NCBI GenBank assembly: GCA_050230475.1
Contig: JBFLGF010000047.1
Location: forward strand, 1-64,000
Direction: 5' to 3'
DNA length: 64,000 nucleotides
Source of the DNA: Ancylonema sp.
Taxonomy: Eukaryota
In this document: positions 27,300 to 39,262 of the stretch, in pieces
How the letters are laid out: each line of letters opens with the position of its first letter
Numbering within the stretch: position 1 is the stretch's first letter
The notes under the pieces: model-generated
The model's input: only the letters and a program-made list of their open reading frames with translations
What the model was told of the DNA's origin: nothing
The model's database searches: none
Made by a program: the position numbers and the translations under genes

Positions 27300-27900
27300 C
27301 TAGCATTTGCTAGAACGTTGTAACGCGACACAAACTCTGTGCCCAAATCAAGTAACTAGCAAACTAGCATTTTGCCCCGACTGACCATTCAAATGCGCCG
27401 CACCGTGAGCAACCGATTGCTCGCATCGGAAAGCGCACCGTACGTCTCCAACGCAAACGGAATAAACTTGGTCCCCGCCGCATGATCACGATTGTGTACT
27501 TCCTTGCGCCGCTCCGCATCCTCTGCGGCCACCAACCCTCGACCAGTCATGCGATCCACCAAATCACGTCGTGTGGGGTGAGCAATGACCACATCCACCA
27601 AAATATTATCCTACACCAAATCCGAAATAACAATGTCAACCCGCCCTCACGACCGTAGGGAGTAGAGGAGGGAAGAAATCCGGTACACTTTCTCGTTGGG
27701 CATGTTGACCCGACTCGCGGACGGTGTGAAACACGGAATCCCGCACCGCGTCATGAGATGAAGTGCGCTCCCCCCCTCGACTATACCACATAAGATGGTT
27801 ACCCACGGCGTCCATAGAGTTGCCGCACGCGCATGTGTCATAGATAGCAAGGCAAGGGTGGAAAAACCCGAGGCGCAGGCGGAGTGCAATACAAGGGAGG
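27300..27900 (-). mobile_element. Degenerate 3' fragment of a CRE/R2-like non-LTR retrotransposon (zinc knuckle plus restriction-like endonuclease)
   Basis: CACG...GNHL knuckle, SHDAVRD, VDVVIAHP, AERRK and FIPFALETYG, broken by a frameshift and stops. Confidence 0.65.
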
Positions 27901-28155
27901 GGGGATATAAAGGGAGGGAATAACACAACCCATGAAAAACGCTTCATTCACACAAGGCTACGCACACACTTATACGAAATCCTCGCACAAAAGTGTACCT
28001 CTCAAAAGCAAACCTCCTCGCTTTCATACTATACCTTATTTCTTCTTGCATACGTCTTCGAATACTCTCCACAACCGCGTACAAAGCAATCTTGTGTTCC
28101 AAACGTTAGAGCTTATTTATTTCCTTGCAATCACACTAATGGAGGCGAGGCTTTG

Positions 28156-28380
28156 TGTACATACATGTATACATACATAGAAACAAATGTATGTATGAGT
28201 TGGATGTATGTATGTATATGTGTACGTATATATATAACCATGTATTTATGTGTATGTTCATATAAGGATGTGTGTGTGTGTTGTGTGTGTGTGTGTTAGT
28301 AAATATTATAAGCATGTATGTATATGCGTATGCATGCATGTATGTATGTGTGTCTGTGTGCATATATGTATGTGTGTATG
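28156..28380. repeat. Compound TATG/TG microsatellite
   Basis: Runs of GTAT, TATG and TG read directly. Confidence 0.85.
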
Positions 28381-30208
28381 CTGGATTTTTTTACAAGTAA
28401 TCCCAAGTAGTCACAGCTTGTGATTTTTGTTTTTGATTACAATGTTTTATATGCTTATATTGGGTGGGCTTCGCCCGGAAATAAAAAGGCGAGAAAAAGG
28501 TTAGGAATACGGGAATTACAAAAAAAAACTTACTTTTTAATTTCTCATATCGGGATCGTATTGTCTCCGCCACTTCTCACACGCGGACAGGCTCGCAAGC
28601 GGGACTAGTAGTTTAAAAATTTACGAACCTAAGTTGAAAATAAACACAGCTTGTAATTTGATCATTTGTTCAGTTTTTCTATTTATTTATTTCTTTATTT
28701 TTATATTGTCAGAGTAGAGCCTTTACCTTTAATTCACGTTTCATAAACTGTAATATTGGTTACTCTGTGTTTTAAAATAAAAGAAACACCATGATCCTAC
28801 ATTCTCTATATACCCGCCCCCAAAGGGGGGCATTTACGTCCTTCTCCCGGTCACGGACGGGGCCGTCCACGGGCGTCATTAAGCGGAATACTTGAGTGGC
28901 GTGTTTATTAAGGCTGATTTTACCTTCAAATCGCTCATCAGTGAGAGTCATAATCCAACAACGTACTATAAGTGTAGAGTTGTGACTTGTGTCGCATCAA
29001 GGCCCTTACCGTATTGGCCATACGTAATGACCCGCAAAAGCAAAGAAATGGGCGGGTTTGGTCGAATAAAACATTTCATTTTTTGGGGGTGGGTCACGCC
29101 TTGATTCCGAAATCCGGCATGGTGGGTCAACATCATAAAAATGGATTTTATGAGGATTTTTTCTCGAAGTTCACATGTGGTTGGACCCCGATCGCCCAAG
29201 ATTCAATCGTGGTCCGGTAGCGGCCAAATATTTCGTCATTGGTTTTCTTTATGCAAAATTGCGTATCGGTTTGATCAATTCGCTTTGTAATGTGTCGTCG
29301 GGGGGGGAACCCGTGGAAAGAAGATGTCGGACTGAAATATGTTGTTAGTTTTATCTTGTGCATTACACATGCCCATAAAAACAATGTTTGTTATAACGTA
29401 CAAGCCATGAATACCTTCAACGTTAGGGATGCAAAACATTTTTTATTTTGAATAGTGAACGGACTGGTGTTTCTTTCCCAATTGGTTGGAACCTGCTAGC
29501 ATTTATTTTTCGAACCGACCCCTTTTCATAACGATCAGCGACAAAGCCTACCGGTACATTTCAAGACTAACAATAGGTGTCTAGGTATAAGAGTCTTCAA
29601 GAGGGCCGAAATCTAGAGACGACAACTGCCTCCACTTCTGCCACCCGAGGGTTTTAACATTTAAAGTACCATGATGTTGCTTCTATCTTACGCAGGGTAA
29701 ACTTCATCTGGTTCTGTCTCCAGTCCTTTGCAGATCTCAAGGCAGTTAGAGTTATCACGAATAGTTGACGCCTTAGATCTCCATGCTTGAAAATGATTTT
29801 TTTCTCCAACTAAAATGCAGTTACGTGCTCTGATACCAGTGTTGCTGCTATCTTCTGCCATCGATGCAAGAAGTAACCGACTTCACACACTTGGAAACAT
29901 TCACAACTTTGCAAACACACACAACAAAAGAGCAAGTTTGAGATAGATTGATTGATTGTAGAATTCTGCATGCAAGCTCTGACTGAGTACAATCTAGTGT
30001 GATCCGTGCCCCCTCCTAGTCAAAGATCTCTAGTGATCGAACTATCAAGTCAACACCAATCGTATTCACGTACTGTGCCAAGTCACCTAATCTTATCAAC
30101 ACCTTGCCTACTCTTATCGACACATTGCCAGGTGGCCAGAAGTAACATCATAGTCATATCGACAAGCAAAACGACAAAATCGACAAATCCAAACTTAGGC
30201 CCTAAAAT

Positions 30209-30606
30209 CATTGTAGTACCCGGACGGGTCAGGGCATTTTGCGGACGCGTCCGGAACACGTCCGCTAGCGGACGCGTCCGCGACGTCCGGGTCCGCAAAG
30301 CGTCCGGGTACTTAGGGGTTATTATCCGAATCAAAAAGTGGCCGGGCGACGGAGATATTTGAGTTCTTCCGGGTATGAGATCTTACATCCTATAGGCTAA
30401 CGGGCAACTTTAGGACGTGATCCAACCGTCTATACCACACACATTTTAGCGAAAAAAATATGGACGGTGTACTCCGGGGTGTGAGGAAGATAAAACAAAA
30501 ACTCCTAAAAATCTTCAAGTACCCGGACGTCCACCGGGAACTGGCGGACGCGTCCGGAATACGTCCGCTAGCGGACGCGTCCGCAAAGCGTCCGGGTACT
30601 ACTATG
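30209..30606. mobile_element. hAT-type MITE (GGACGCGTCC family), 398 bp
   Basis: 18-bp TIR CATTGTAGTACCCGGACG / CATAGTAGTACCCGGACG (17/18). Perfect TSD CCTAAAAT at 30201-30208 and 30607-30614. Confidence 0.9.
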
Positions 30607-31583
30607 CCTAAAATCGACATAAAGACAAAAGTTCACAGACCCTCAAAAACTAACACATGACGTGTGCGAAACTGGTGCGTTAAAAAATACACGTAATTTT
30701 GGTCATTCGGTCAATATCTCTTGCCACTATGGAATGCTTGCAAGTGATAAAGCGGCCATCTGCGAATTGCATCGTGCTTAAGTTACCTCCGAGCCCATAT
30801 CTGACATTGAGCATTTTGCATCATAACCATCGCCCTTCACGGCCAAGATCTCTATGTGCGGCCATCATAATGCCTATGCACACCTTTTGGCCTTCCTACT
30901 CGTCAATGGAAGTGGAGATGCGCTCGTCTACAATTATTACCCGTGGACTTGATTATTTTGCAAGGAATATGTGCACAACGGTCTTGGTGTGCCGTTCTAA
31001 TAGCCATAATAATGCATGAAATACATAAGATTTTGAATATGGAACCGTAGACTTACCATCAACAAGTGTAAAGATTTGAGGACATTTTTTGTAGACTTCA
31101 TGAACTATTGAGTCACCTACAATTAAGAGTCATGTGCAAGAGCTGGTTGCATGTCATAACCTATTACAAGGTAACAAGTGCAAGTGTTTGCAAGGCTCAA
31201 GTTCTTTTCTAAACGATGCACTACCACCTCCATTGTCTGAGCATATAAATGATCATCTCTAACACCTCATTCCCCCATTAATATATTTGTCCTAATTTAC
31301 ATGTGAGCAACTAAACGTGGCAACGTAGCAAAGAGGATTCCCTATCCTGAACCTTCATCTATTTGCAAACGCAGGCCCCTGAAGACCCTTCAAGCCCCTA
31401 CACGCATCTGACCTTGAATATTGACCGAGCAAAAATGAGGACTGAGATGCAACAGCCTCTTCATCACGCCCATATTGGGTGAAGAAACATTCTCCTATAC
31501 AGTGTTAATAAAGCATTCCTTTCCAATAAGCGTGTACTTATTCATATTACTTCCCCCCCCCTTTAGCCCCCTCCCTCTCCTTC

Positions 31584-34161
31584 TCATGCAGTGCTTCCTA
31601 CTTGCTTTGAAGCCTTCCTTCGCAGCAATCCGTCCTTTGTGGGGCCCACTAGTTGTGCCTGTAGATAGGTCCCAGGCAAGGAGAGCATTTTGTTCCACTT
31701 TGCGACATAAGCTCTCTTTGTGAAGTTGTCGTAGTCGTTTGCCTCGACTGCGTCCAAAATTTTCCGGTACAGTGACAACGATGCCCAGACCTGCGCACAT
31801 AATGATGGACAGAAACATTTCATAAGTCTGCAGCACAGGCCTTGCAATAGCGTATTATGGTTTAGACGGTGAAGGGAAGTTGGAAGGCCCAGCTACAGCC
31901 GATGCCATATACGTTATTGCCCCTCTTGCCCCACGCGCCTCTCGCCACGTGTCAGCATCCAGAGACTTGTGATGATGGCTGCCTAATTAAACCTCATGAA
32001 CCTCATCTGTCGATATCATCGTTTTCACGAAGCACGCAGCTGAATCAGCCACTTGGCAAGCACTCATCTAAAACTTACCGGCCATCTGCTTTTGGCATCC
32101 AGCTCACACACACCGCTCTCTGCTTGCTCAAAATAGTAACGCGCACGCTTTATCTGAAACCTCATGAACTCTCTCCACTTGTCCGTCACTTTGCCGGCCA
32201 TGATGTCTTCATCAGACAGCCCGAATTGCTCGAGCTCATCTTGTGGCAGGTACACCCGTCCCCTCCTGGAGCTGCGGATAAACCCGAACCAGATAAACCT
32301 CAAAACTTCAGCTGTGCTCCGTTTATGTTTGCTTTAGCAAGCAGGCCAAGCAGCAAGTCCGCATTTTTTGGAGCCTACTTGGCATCTACACTGCAGCTCA
32401 GTCTATGACCTTAAATTATAATAATTATCAGAGATACTTTCAGATGATCCTTGAACCTCCCTTAATTATTGATTTCTTCGACCTTTTCTTTGGTATCCAG
32501 ATTACGAAGGTGAACACTTACTCCTCTCCCACATCTCTGAGGATGTTGGTCAGCTGGTTCGCGATTCCCAGCGCGAGCGCCGTGCTGTACACATCCACTG
32601 GATCCGCCTTCGACTCCGGAGCAATGCCCATGACTGGAACACTCATGAGGCCCACGGTACCCGCCACGTTGTAGCAGTAAAGGTAGAGCTCGTTGAAGTC
32701 TGCGTAACGAGATTTCCTCAAGTCCATTCGCATACCTTCGATCATGTCTCGGAATGGCTGCATGAAAACCAGAACCACAGTCAGGCATTCCATCCCTGAA
32801 ACTCTGTTTTCAGCTGATTAGAGGGGGAAGTGGATGGAAGGAGACCAAGTAGCATACCTGAATTTTCAGCGGGAAGGACTTGACAGTGTCAGCCAGCGCG
32901 GCATCCAGCATATCGTACGGCTGACCGTTGAAGATTTCTTCCAGTCTCTCCTCCCACCTATCCAATGCTCGCGGAGTTATTCTCGATGCATTTGGCCCAT
33001 CAACGAGCTCATCCGTTCGTCTACACCATACTGTACAGAGCACAGAGCGTCATGACAGCGGCACAGGGATCAGCAAGCAGCAGCCGCTAAGAGGCAACAT
33101 CATTTGTCTAACATCGCTTGTTTAAATTACATGCAGGACGAAGTAAACGAAATGACTGTCAGGTGCGATTGCGATACTTCTGAGAAGAATACACATAGAG
33201 CCGGGCACCTTCACATCACCTCATCTTAACTTCAAAAAATTATCTAAAAACACTAAATATCGGGCCCACACGGGAAGTCCACTCGTCAAGCGTATTCTCA
33301 CATCCGAGCTCTCCGGATAGGTAGCCCGTCGTGCTGTACATCCTACCAACTATCCACTGCCCCCTTTTCCCGACATGTTTGATTATTTTGCAAAAACTTG
33401 CCATAGATAGCCCAGATAGCGCGTTGCCTTTCTGGCGTCATCAACTTCGTGCCTGCAGAACAACGGAGAATCAGCGTTTCAGCAAAAAATATGAATGTTC
33501 TCTGCTGAAACATTGACATGACATTACCACACCAGTGACGGCCTCGACTGCAGCCATTGTGGTAAGGTGGTACCAGGACAATGCCATCGTCATTCTCATA
33601 CATGCCCCGTATAGTCTATTGATAAAGTGAGTTCTTACCTAAATAAAATGTCTTTGCGTACTCCTCACAGACTTCGCCGCATCGGTTATATGCCTCCCGC
33701 ATGAGCTCAGGGGTGCTGATTGGCGTGTGTAGCTTCACATCCGCCAGAGAACCCCGTTCAACTTTAGCAGCTTCCTTCACCACCGACTCATAAACCCGTT
33801 CCTCTGCAGTCATGTAACTACTAAGCCCCACATCGCTGCCGACTGCAGCCATAGGAGATGTCTTCACGCCACTGATTTTGCTGTCCCCAACTGACCCAGG
33901 TCCCGAAGGCACCTCTAACACTGAGGTGGCTGAAATTCTCTGTCTCAACGCGACCTTACTACTAGAACTTTGGCGCCCAGTAGAAAGGGATCGGAAACCT
34001 TGACTGAGAAGAGGAGAGAGGCCCTTGAATGTGGCATCTTTGCTAGCTAGACCACTGTGCTGGTTCAATAATTCGTTAGAGCAGCGGTTCCCGGACTCAT
34101 CCCCGGCTCGCAACTGGCCAGTTGCGAAGGCCGGGACACGGCCAGAACAAACCGCGTGCAT
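31584..34161 (-). CDS. PSY: Phytoene synthase, about 460 aa with a plastid transit peptide
   Basis: Exons 34161-33639, 33452-33402, 33030-32858, 32757-32522, 32271-32079 and 31790-31584. Internal exon sizes 51/173/236/193 are typical of plant PSY. Motifs [18 protein letters not shown] and [13 protein letters not shown]. Intron 2 has a GC donor. Confidence 0.97.
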
Positions 34162-34747
34162 ACTGTGACAGCAGAACGACGTAAGGCAAAGAAATGTGAG
34201 GCGAAAGTCTCACAGCGCTTTCCGGGTGAGTCTACGCAAACAGTTGCACTGCTATGGATAAGGATCAGCAGAAGCAGAAGCGTGGGCTTCTTTCAGACTT
34301 CAAACCTAGCCAATGATGCTAGCACCTCTGTGTTGCAGTCTCTACAGCCGTGTGAAGGCAGTCAGTCCAACTTCTCCTTCCCCAGGCAAGGGGACTAGAC
34401 TAAGGGAAGAGATTTTTCAGACCGGATTGCAGTGTACTCCTGCAACTCCCAGGAGGTCGGATCGAAATGATAGCGGACCGAGCAATGGGACAAGAAACTT
34501 CTTGTTCCCGCATGCTCATAAAGTACGATGTTCGGTGGTAGGAAATGCTGCGTGGCACGACGGACTGATGGCAGGTCGTGCATTATCAGCCGTCGATATG
34601 ACTCGGGGGCATCTGTTTGGGGCACGGGATCTATCCGGACAGTCTTACCTAGGAAACTCTTGGCCAATCACACCGTGGAGAGAAAAATGCTGTACTTGAA
34701 ACGGCTAGGGGATGAATTCTAGCCCCCCGCTCAAGCCGGCCCCCAGC

Positions 34748-36782
34748 TAGTGTGGGCACCCGACCGCCGACCGCCGGTCGACCGCCGATGACCGTTCCGA
34801 CCGCCCGGACCGCCCCCGCCGTTGCGGGCGAGAGGCGAAACCGCGTTCGGGTGGCGGTCAGAACTGTCGGGTGGCGGTCGGAGGCGGTAGGACGACGGTC
34901 GGGGCGGTCGGAGTTCGGTTGAATGGGTCTTGAGGAGGTTAGCATTCAGTGGAGTAGTTTGTTTTGTGTGTTGGTTATTTTTTTATATTTACTTTCTCAT
35001 TCCTTTGGTTACATGTTCGGATTAACTTTTTGTGCCCATTGTAGTTGGAAGGCGGTGATGTGCAATATTAAAACGAATATTTCTCTAAACAATGGTCGGA
35101 TTTCCAACGTTTTTCCTCCCAAGGTGCCATCGTTGCCATTTTTATGAGTGCACATCACCGCCATGAGAAATTGAGAACGAAAAAAATATGCTAGGCTGCA
35201 CGCACAATAACTTGTTCACTTTCACCATCTTGTAAAGTACGAGTACATAACACTTATGGACAAAAAGTTATGGGTAAAAATAACACAGTAGCATCAAAAC
35301 GCGTATGCGTTTTGCAAACGCAAAACGTCCAAACGTCAAAACGGCACTTTTAGCCGTACGGACGCAACACCATACGCTGGTCCAAACGCAAAATTTCCAT
35401 ACGTCCGTACATTGTACGGCCGTTTGGCAAACGGCCGTACACTCATTTATTTATTTATTTTTACATCACTCTCATTTTCGGAATTTCTCTTCTTCTTTAA
35501 TTTTTGTATTTTCCATTTCCGTAATTGTTGCCTTACAAATATATATTTTCATCTTATTTCTCGTTTCTTCTTTTCTTTTCTAATCCACCCTTCTTCTCTA
35601 CATGTTTACTTTCAAGTTCCATACTTAACATCTTGATTTCCATGGACTCATTCTCAACCAAAGAATAGATTTGCTTGGGAAAAAGTGTTCCAATATTACG
35701 TAATATAATCATTTTCTTCTCCCTACAAAAAAAACATTCTTATTTCACATATTTTATTTTAAATTTCACTCAAGCTCTTCAAGTATGGCGGATCTTCTCC
35801 AGGAACAACATTTGGTTCATTATCCGCGTCGGACATGGTGACATCTCACGCGCCGTGTGACTCTCATGGAATTATTTTCAGATTTGATTAGTGATAGCGG
35901 CCTATGTCGCACCTGTTTGATCGATAGTTTTTGTCTGAGCTTGCTTCCGCCGCCATAGTTTGCACGTGTAGAGGATGGTTCAAGAACCGAGCATGTCGAA
36001 TATGCCTTCCATACCTTCCGACTGGTAGAGGTATCCTTAACTTATCGCTTTGACAAGCTTGGTGGCATTCATATCCACATACAAGAAGGTAAGAAGGTAA
36101 CAAGGTTCTGCATCGGAAATTTCTTAGGGACGTCATCTCTTGTCATTGACGTACCCCAACCTCCGTCCGAGAAACCTAACCAATTATTCCTGGCCGGTCC
36201 CGAATCCACAATTTTGAGGGGTGCAATCTTTTTTTCTAAGTACAATTTTGGCCGTACGGGGCGTATGCCATACGTCCGCGTATGGCAAACGACGTATGGC
36301 CGTAATTTTTGCCGTTTGCATGCTACTATGAAAAATAAATGTATATGCCGCGATGTTTCCACACTGAGAGAAATGTCAATCACTTATTTGTCACTACATT
36401 ATTTCTGCAAGCCGGTTCCGACTGCCAACCGGTTCTGAATAACATAGGCTTCAAATTAAAACATCATGATGATTAGCACTACACAATTCACAAATCACCA
36501 ATCACCAATCGCGAAAACCCGAGATTGTACAATACTCGTATGACCTATGCGGACCTTACAACAATATAATCAGTGTTCCATCATATTTTATAGAACGCCT
36601 CATGTTTTTATTTTTTTCCCCACCGCCGTCCTACCGGTCCGACCGCCAAAAAACCGCGGCTGGACGGCGGAATCGCGTAACGGTGGCGGAATCGCGGTCG
36701 GGTGGCGGTCAGAGCAGTCGGCGGCAGTCGGCGAGCGCCGACCGCCGACCGCCACTGATTCTGGCGGGCGGGTCCCACTCTA
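34748..36782. mobile_element. hAT-type non-autonomous element (CCGACCGCC-rich), about 2 kb, upstream of PSY
   Basis: TIRs TAGTGTGGGCACCCGACCGCC / TAGAGTGGG-ACCCGCCCGCC. Flanks CCCCCAGC / CCCCCAAC (7/8). Confidence 0.75.
35284..36330. mobile_element. hAT-type element nested inside 34748-36782
   Basis: TIR CACAGTAGCAT / CATAGTAGCAT. Perfect TSD AAAAATAA at 35276-35283 and 36331-36338. CGTA/AAACG subterminal repeats. Confidence 0.8.
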
Positions 36783-37086
36783 CCCCCAACCCAAGCTGGA
36801 CCCGGCCCGCCAACCTGGAGAAATGACTACGGCCAAAGGCGGGTATCAATGTGCGCCGGGCTTGTTGTTAAAAGTTTTAAAACTTTTTAAAGTCGCTGTA
36901 TAGGCACCCTTTCTATCATTCCCTCCGTAAATGTACCAGGTAAGGAAAACGCACATCACAAAATTGTCGGATTTTTTTCTCTGTGGAGGCAAACCCTCTC
37001 TAAAAACACCGAAGTTGGCCAACCAAAAAGGTGCCTACAAATCGGGATGAGAGTACAAAAATCGGCTTGCTCCATCCAATGTCCTT

Positions 37087-38345
37087 CATTGTTGCATGCT
37101 GGGTTGCACACCACGCATAATACGCTGAGGTATCATACGCTAAATACGCGTATTGTGCTCGGAGCATATTAATACGCTGAAATACGATTAAAAATACGCG
37201 ACATCTTGAACTTGTATTAATTTTCGGTACGAAATTGCAGGTTTGGCTGATTTTTCGGAAGCAAACAACATAACGACGTCCACGTCGTTTGAAAGTGAAA
37301 TAGCGAAAGTGAAAATTATTCGATACTACATCGCACGGCAAAAATCACCTCCATTCTCGCTAGTAAACCTCATCCGACCGTCCAAGTTCAAGTGGTAGTC
37401 CTAGTGGTAGGAATAGTACAACTATGAGTAGAAGTAAAAGTAGGACTCATTAAATTGTTATTGTGAATCATTGTTTCTTGTATGGCATTCGTTACTAGAT
37501 CCTAGCATTCCACTTTTTTAATTACCATACTCAAGTAAAAACGGAAGCCGTTTTGATCCATTTTTGGGACTGGTAAACACGAAAATGGAGTACAGAATGA
37601 TAAAAACGTGTGCAAATTCAATCAAATTTAGAGACGAGAGAACATGAGAAGAGTGGGTCTATTAATGAATGCCCCATTCTCGTACGAAAAAAATGAATTA
37701 AACAATTGCACATGTTTTGGTGAAACATGCGCCTACCATGTATTTCAAGGATAAATATTTCTCCGTATTTGATGGCCGATTGGATTTATTTTAGGCACCC
37801 GATGTTACCATCCTATTTCCAGATATGTGTGGGGTCTAAAATGGTGAAAAAACGCATATTCATTGACAATACGCGTATTTTCAAATCGCGAAATTTTTCA
37901 ATACGCGAAGTACGGCGTATTTTGACCCCAGCGTATTGATAGCGTATTGCGTATTGTGCAACCCAGGTTGCATGGTCCTGCAAGATTGGTTTTTGGGACC
38001 GCAGTCGGACCGGGTCCGGAGTCGGGACTATGTCGTACCGGGGGTCTTTTTAGGATTTTCATTTTTCCTGCAATTTTATGGGGGATATGGTCATGTCAGG
38101 GCATTTTTTTAGGTGTATATTTTTATTACATTTTTATTATTCATTTATGCACAATGCCCAAGCCAAAATGATAAACAAAATAAATTCTTTCGGATTTATT
38201 ACTCCGCCGTAATTCATTCATAAATCCCGAAAGAAAAAAACGAAAAATGTATATTACCGCCGGTCCAACGTTTTGGCCTAGAGAGACGGACCTCGGTCCG
38301 GAAACGGGACCTCGGAACCCCAGTCTGCCGGTCCGTGCAACTATG
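37087..38345. mobile_element. GGACCG-family hAT MITE interrupted within its terminal repeat
   Basis: Ends CATTGTTGCATG|GTCCTGC and GCCGGTCCGTGCAACTATG. Flanks ATGTCCTT / ATTTCCTT (7/8). Confidence 0.75.
37099..37966. mobile_element. hAT-type MITE (AATACGC family), 868 bp, nested
   Basis: Perfect 12-bp TIR CTGGGTTGCACA. Perfect TSD GTTGCATG at 37091-37098 and 37967-37974. Confidence 0.9.
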
Positions 38346-39262
38346 ATTTCCTTTACATGAAGACCTGTGGTTCATAGCAATGACCCGTCCAGGATACCCG
38401 GGCGGGTCATAGTCTTTTTGTAGACGCGTCCGGAACACGCCCACTACTGATGTAGTCGCGGTAGCAACCCGATTCGCTTTCACAATGATATTGGTTTTAG
38501 TGCAACTATGTGTGACTCGATGCAACTGAGCACTCTCAACACTAACCTTGCTCTATAATCCCAAAAAGAAACGCTGCTATTTCCTTTTCAATATAAGCCC
38601 GTCCCGCTCCGGTCGGGGACTTTCCGATCTGGCGCCGATCCGGGTCGGAAGCGCCGAACATGATGTGAAAAACGATGAAAAAGAAAAGAGTTCATTTACA
38701 CCCGTTGTGGCGTAAACCCCTAAAAACTTTTTTTTTGTTTTGTTTAATTTGTGTTCGGTTGCATTCCCTTTGATTTTCTTGTTGGGCTCGATCCGATCTG
38801 AATAATTCCGATCCCATGCGGATCCGGATCGGGACCGATCGAGCGTCGATCCGGATCAGGGATTGGGATGGATCGGCCCAAACTATAGTTTATAAATTCC
38901 ATCACAGCGATTCCTTAGCCATTTCTTGGAGTACATTAAATTACCTTGCGGTTCGCTCGAGGTATGGTCACTCTCGTATGCAATACGCTGTGCAAAATCC
39001 GTTTTGGACCCGTTGATATTATGCTATGCGGTACACCGTTCAAAAAAAATGGTGGCAAGTAAAGTAGAGGCTTAAGCTATAATTTCGTGCGATAAAAAAT
39101 AAAGTATTTATAGTCTAATCGATTTTACCGTACACATTTATTTTTCTGTAAAGCTTTGCATATTAGCCATGCCATCCACCGACCCTAACATCGACAACGC
39201 TCATACACAAGTGCTTTAATCGAAACCCTTCGGTAAAATGTGTATTTCCTACCTATCCTCCT

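Noticed and set aside
28560..28609. Helitron-like 3' end (short hairpin then CTAG-T)
   Set aside because: The stem is only about 5 bp and imperfect, and no 5' end or second copy was seen.
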